Source of the DNA: Campylobacterota bacterium
GTDB lineage: Bacteria; Campylobacterota; Campylobacteria; Campylobacterales; Arcobacteraceae
Assembly (NCBI GenBank): GCA_051746405.1
Contig: JBNJFB010000043.1
Span: forward strand, 1 to 20,419
Length of the DNA: 20,419 nt
Reading direction: 5' to 3'
Shown: positions 16,519 to 20,419 of the stretch, in pieces
Layout: each line of letters starts with the position of its first letter
How positions within the stretch are numbered: the stretch's first letter is position 1
Translations under genes and position numbers: made by a program
The notes under the pieces: generated by a model
What the model was told of the DNA's origin: nothing
What the model saw: the letters and a program-made list of their open reading frames with translations, nothing else
The model's database searches: none

Positions 16519-17289
16519 ATGAAGAAGATTATATTTTTTATAGCAATTATGCTATTTTCTGTAAATGCATTCTCAATGACAAAAGAGAATTGTGAGCAAA
16601 AAGATGGAAGTTTTATTTTCAATGGGGGTGAGTGTTTAGAGTATGCAATTGCAGGTAGTCAAAATAGTGAAGAGATTACTATTGTAGTTCATGGTGTTTG
16701 GGATAAAGGAACAAATGTTTTAGGAAGGTATTCTGTATTTGCTGATAATTTAAACTTTATTACTGATATTACAACAATAGCTGTTGCTTTACCTGGATAC
16801 TCTAATTCAACTACAAACAACTTTTTAGCCTTAGATAATGAAAAGATTGAACATTTAGCAGCTAAAAGAGAGTATGTTGATTTTGTAGCCTCTTTAATAA
16901 AGAGTTTAAAGCAGAAGCATGGTGCTAAAAAAGTAAACTATATAGGTCATTCAGCTGGAGCTATGATTGGAGCTACTATTGCAGGATTAAATCCTGATTT
17001 AATTGATAATTTAGTTTTAGCAGGTGGTAGATACGACATACATGAGATTTCAGATGAAAAAGATTTGATATCTGTGGTTGATGTAATTGATAAAATTGAT
17101 GATACTAAGTTTTTATTAATCTATGGAACAGATGATGAAATATCTCAACCTGAGGTTACAACAAACTTTTATGAACTAGCAAAGCAAAAAGGCTTAGATG
17201 TTGATATTTTAGAAGTTGATGGTGCTAAGCATATTGATTTAGAGATGAAAGATAAATCAGTTGATGCAATAGCTGATTTATTGTATTAG
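16519..17289 (+). CDS. Exported alpha/beta-fold hydrolase
   Basis: Signal peptide, oxyanion VVHG, ALPGY, nucleophile IGHSAGA, IYGTDD and GAKH (Ser-Asp-His triad). Confidence 0.88.
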   Translation: MKKIIFFIAIMLFSVNAFSMTKENCEQKDGSFIFNGGECLEYAIAGSQNSEEITIVVHGVWDKGTNVLGRYSVFADNLNFITDITTIAVALPGYSNSTTNNFLALDNEKIEHLAAKREYVDFVASLIKSLKQKHGAKKVNYIGHSAGAMIGATIAGLNPDLIDNLVLAGGRYDIHEISDEKDLISVVDVIDKIDDTKFLLIYGTDDEISQPEVTTNFYELAKQKGLDVDILEVDGAKHIDLEMKDKSVDAIADLLY

Positions 17290-17298
17290 ATTATTAAT

Positions 17299-18456
17299 AT
17301 GAATAAAAAAAAAGAGATACTGTTCAATCTTAATAATTTTCTTCTTTCTGTTTCCAAAGCTTTAGAGTATGTGGAGAAAGAGTTTTTTGATGTTGAGCTA
17401 GGACACAATAAAAGAGTTGCTTATGTGACTTTAAAAATAGCAAATGAGTTAGGGTTAAGTCATGAAGATAAATATGATTTATGTGCATATGCCCTTTGTA
17501 ATAATATAGCTTTGAAAAAAGTAAAAGAGCAAACAAAACAGTACTGCTTACTAAGTGAAGAGCTAATACAGCCATTTCCTTTCTTAAAAAAAAAAGAGAA
17601 TATTTTAAAGTATCAGTTTGAGTATTTTAATCAAACTGGTCTTTATAAACTAAAAATTGATGAAATACCTCTTTTTTCTCAGATAATTTGCTTTGCTAAA
17701 ACTCTTGATTCAAAGTATGACTTACAAAAAGATGAACCTAAAAACAAAGAGTTAATTAGAGAATTTGTCCAGTGTAATAAAGATAAACTTTTTAGTAAAA
17801 CTATTTGTGAAGCATATTTAAATGCAAGTAGAAATTTAGAGTTTTATCTTGATTTACAAAATGAAAATCAAATTTTATACTTTATATTTTCAAATTTAGT
17901 TGATTACTCAAGTGCACTTAGTTTTGAAGAGATTTTTAAAATTACTTCTGTTTTTGATAGATTAATTAATGAAGATAATAGTTTACCTAATAGTGTGGAA
18001 AAGATGGCTAACTTTTATGGTTTTGAGCATAAAGATAGTTATACTTTAAAAATAGCAAGCTCATTAGTTAGTATTGGTAAACTTTGTATAAATGATACTA
18101 TTTTAAATAAAAATGACTCTTTAGATAAGTACGAATATGAAAAAATAAAAGAGTATCCATACCATACAAAAGTTATGCTAAGTAATATTATAGGCTTTAA
18201 TGATATTGCAAAGTGGGCAAGTTGTATTCAAGAAAGGCTTGATGGTAGCGGTTATCCTAGTGGTTTAGATGCTAAGACACTTAGTTTAAAAGAGCGACTT
18301 TTAATAAATTTAGTTATTTATGAAGCATTAAAAAGTAGTAAATATTATAAAAACTCTTTAACTCATGGTGAAGCTATTGATTTAATGAAAAAAGAGTTTA
18401 ATAAAAGCCATATAGATTTAACTATTTTAGATGATATAAATGAGATTTTGAAATAA
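17299..18456 (+). CDS. Tandem HD-GYP-like protein with degenerate metal-binding motifs
   Basis: GHNKRVAY, IPLFSQII, IGKL..DTILNK...L...EYEKIK, ERLDGSGYPSGL and YEAL; the HD and HH residues are substituted. Confidence 0.82.
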   Translation: MNKKKEILFNLNNFLLSVSKALEYVEKEFFDVELGHNKRVAYVTLKIANELGLSHEDKYDLCAYALCNNIALKKVKEQTKQYCLLSEELIQPFPFLKKKENILKYQFEYFNQTGLYKLKIDEIPLFSQIICFAKTLDSKYDLQKDEPKNKELIREFVQCNKDKLFSKTICEAYLNASRNLEFYLDLQNENQILYFIFSNLVDYSSALSFEEIFKITSVFDRLINEDNSLPNSVEKMANFYGFEHKDSYTLKIASSLVSIGKLCINDTILNKNDSLDKYEYEKIKEYPYHTKVMLSNIIGFNDIAKWASCIQERLDGSGYPSGLDAKTLSLKERLLINLVIYEALKSSKYYKNSLTHGEAIDLMKKEFNKSHIDLTILDDINEILK

Positions 18457-18481
18457 ACTTCTAAATTAACTTGTAATTAGA

Positions 18482-18487
18482 TATAAT
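18482..18487 (+). promoter_or_regulatory. Putative -10 (TATAAT) for the U32 gene
   Basis: Perfect TATAAT 57 nt upstream of ATG 18545; RBS AAGGA at 18535-18539. Confidence 0.45.
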
Positions 18488-18544
18488 GTTAGATTTTATA
18501 AAATATTAAACAAATATAATAGCAGAATATATCGAAGGAAAATT

Positions 18545-19825
18545 ATGAGTAATAAAGTAGAACTACTTTCCCCCGCAGGGAATTTAGAAAAATTAAAAAT
18601 AGCAATTAGCTACGGAGCAGATGCTGTTTATGCAGGTGTTAGTCACTTTAGTTTAAGAATTAGAGCAGGAAAAGAGTTTACATTTGAAACTTTTAAAGAG
18701 GGAATTGATTATGCCCATGAAAGAGGAAAGAAAGTCTATGCAACAATAAATGGATTTCCTTTTAATAATCAGTTAGATTTGCTTAAGAAACATATTGAAA
18801 AAATGGCTGAAGTTAAACCTGATGGTTTTATTGTAGCAGCTCCTGGTGTTGTAAAACTTTGCAGGCAAATAGCTCCTGATATTGATGTTCATCTCTCAAC
18901 TCAAGCAAATGTACTTAACTATCTTGATGCACAGGTATTTTGGGATTTAGGTGTTAAAAGAATTGTTGTGGCAAGGGAGATTTCACTTAAAGATGTGAAG
19001 CAAATAAAAGAGCATTTACCTGATATGGAAATAGAGATTTTTGTACATGGTTCTATGTGTTTTGCATACTCTGGAAGATGTTTAGTATCTGCTGTTCAAA
19101 GTGGAAGAGTTCCAAATAGAGGTTCTTGTGCAAATGACTGTAGATTTGAGTATACACTTTATGCAGAAAGTGAAAATCAAAATACCCTGTTTAGATTAGA
19201 AGAAGAGCCAGGTGTTGGAACATATATCTTTAACTCAAAAGATATGAACTTAGCCTCACATATAAATGAAATTTTAGATTCAGGTGCAGTTGACTCACTT
19301 AAAATTGAAGGAAGAACAAAGTCACCTTATTATGCAGCAGTAACAGCAAATGCATATCGAGAAGCTATTGATGATTATTATGCTAATAAATTTGATCCCA
19401 AAAAGTATCAAAGAGAACTACATACTACTAAAAATAGAGGATTTACAGATGCATATTTAATACATAGACCTTTTGAAAAAACAACTACACAAAATCATGA
19501 GTATGCGCTATCAAAAGGTTCATATGAAGTAAGCGGATTAGTAACTGAAGATGAGCAACACTTTATGTGTAAATATAGAATTTATCCAGGTGATGATGTG
19601 GAGATTTTTGTTCCAAGAGGTACAACTATTCAAGAGTGTGAAAATAAAATAGGAAAGATTTACAAAAAAGAAGATGGGCTTTATTATGTAAACTTTAACA
19701 AAATTCTAACCCAGACAAATAAAGAGTTAGACTCTGTTCATAGTGGAAACACAAATAAAATTCAACTTCCTGGAAAACTTCCATACTTAACAATGTTAAG
19801 AATAGAAAATAAAGAAGAGAGTTAA
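18545..19825 (+). CDS. Peptidase U32 family protein, probable tRNA wobble hydroxylation protein (TrhP/YegQ-like)
   Basis: ELLSPAG, GADAVY, HLSTQAN, HGSMCFAYSGRCLVS, NRGSCANDCR (four Fe-S cysteines) and SLKIEGRTKS. Confidence 0.88.
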   Translation: MSNKVELLSPAGNLEKLKIAISYGADAVYAGVSHFSLRIRAGKEFTFETFKEGIDYAHERGKKVYATINGFPFNNQLDLLKKHIEKMAEVKPDGFIVAAPGVVKLCRQIAPDIDVHLSTQANVLNYLDAQVFWDLGVKRIVVAREISLKDVKQIKEHLPDMEIEIFVHGSMCFAYSGRCLVSAVQSGRVPNRGSCANDCRFEYTLYAESENQNTLFRLEEEPGVGTYIFNSKDMNLASHINEILDSGAVDSLKIEGRTKSPYYAAVTANAYREAIDDYYANKFDPKKYQRELHTTKNRGFTDAYLIHRPFEKTTTQNHEYALSKGSYEVSGLVTEDEQHFMCKYRIYPGDDVEIFVPRGTTIQECENKIGKIYKKEDGLYYVNFNKILTQTNKELDSVHSGNTNKIQLPGKLPYLTMLRIENKEES

Positions 19826-19834
19826 TAGTATTTA

Positions 19835-20419
19835 ATGATATTTTTCAAGGTTACTGAAAATATAAATATAAAAGTTACTGATGGAAGCTTAGTTTCATAT
19901 TTAAGACATAAATTTCCTTTGGAGATGAATAATGAAACTATTTATGTTACCACTTATGATGATTATGAAGATATTAAAAAAGTTTTTTACAATGTTGATA
20001 AAAAAAGATATTGTACTTTACTAATTAAAGAATCAAAAGTAAGACAGTTAGATGAGTTTCCAATAGAACTAGGTATTAGCAATAATAATGAGTATAGGAA
20101 AAGTATTGAGTATAAAAAAGAGTTGAAAGACTTCTTTTATACAAGTAATGAGTTTGTAGAAGAGTTTTTATATAGTAATAAATATGAAAATCTTTTTGAT
20201 AAGCTAAAAGTAAAAAGAGAAAAAATAAAAGTTGCAATAATTGGTACTTGCGGGGATAGTATAGGTGAAATGCTTTGTTCTTGTACAGCTCTTAGAATAT
20301 TTTATAACAAACTTAAAAGATTTTATAAAGATGTTAAGTTGGATGTATATTTAAAAGCTTCTAATAATAGTTTTTATTCAAGAGATAAAAGAGTTTATAT
20401 AAAGCAAGATTTTATAAAT
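19835..20419 (+). CDS. ORF running off the right edge; possible glycosyltransferase family 9-like protein with an N-terminal extension
   Basis: Not in the ORF track. ATG 19835 opens 195 stop-free codons: MIFFKVTEN...KIKVAIIGTCGDSIGEMLCSCTALRIFYNKLKRFYKDVKLDVYL. This resembles the GT9 start motif KILVI....IGD......AL..LK......IDV. Confidence 0.5.
   Translation, partial: MIFFKVTENINIKVTDGSLVSYLRHKFPLEMNNETIYVTTYDDYEDIKKVFYNVDKKRYCTLLIKESKVRQLDEFPIELGISNNNEYRKSIEYKKELKDFFYTSNEFVEEFLYSNKYENLFDKLKVKREKIKVAIIGTCGDSIGEMLCSCTALRIFYNKLKRFYKDVKLDVYLKASNNSFYSRDKRVYIKQDFIN

Noticed and set aside
17305..17595. A9 (17305-17313) and A10 (17586-17595) tracts in the HD-GYP gene as phase-variation sites
   Set aside because: Poly-A Lys runs are common in this AT-rich genome, the frame is intact, and Campylobacterota contingency loci are mostly poly-G/C.
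6777..18544. sox region as a mobile genomic island
   Set aside because: No integrase, transposase, tRNA or flanking direct repeats were seen, and sox codon usage by eye resembles the native highly expressed genes.

Overview
AT-rich bacterial chromosomal window, probably Campylobacterota and most consistent with Arcobacteraceae. This is inferred from the TTAAG...TATAAT promoters, the short AAGG RBSs, a str operon lacking tuf and the soxCDXYZA..B gene order. Left: 5' part of a ClC-family anion transporter (- strand), a YaiI/YqxD gene, rpsL-rpsG-fusA with a terminator, then NAD kinase-recN. Centre: a complete periplasmic Sox thiosulfate-oxidation cluster, soxC-soxD-soxX-soxY-soxZ-soxA-[SoxK-like lipoprotein]-[periplasmic rhodanese]-soxB. 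It is followed by a tightly packed accessory block: a cytochrome c-thioredoxin fusion, a MOSC protein, an exported DsrE-like protein, an exported alpha/beta hydrolase and a doubly degenerate HD-GYP protein. Right: a U32/TrhP-like gene and the start of a GT9-like ORF. The core Sox pathway is known biology. The most interesting points are the accessory block, the apparent lipid anchoring of SoxD and of the SoxK-like protein, and RNA hairpins in which terminator arms can alternatively pair with the next gene's RBS. No mobile elements, CRISPR arrays, tRNAs or rRNAs were seen.
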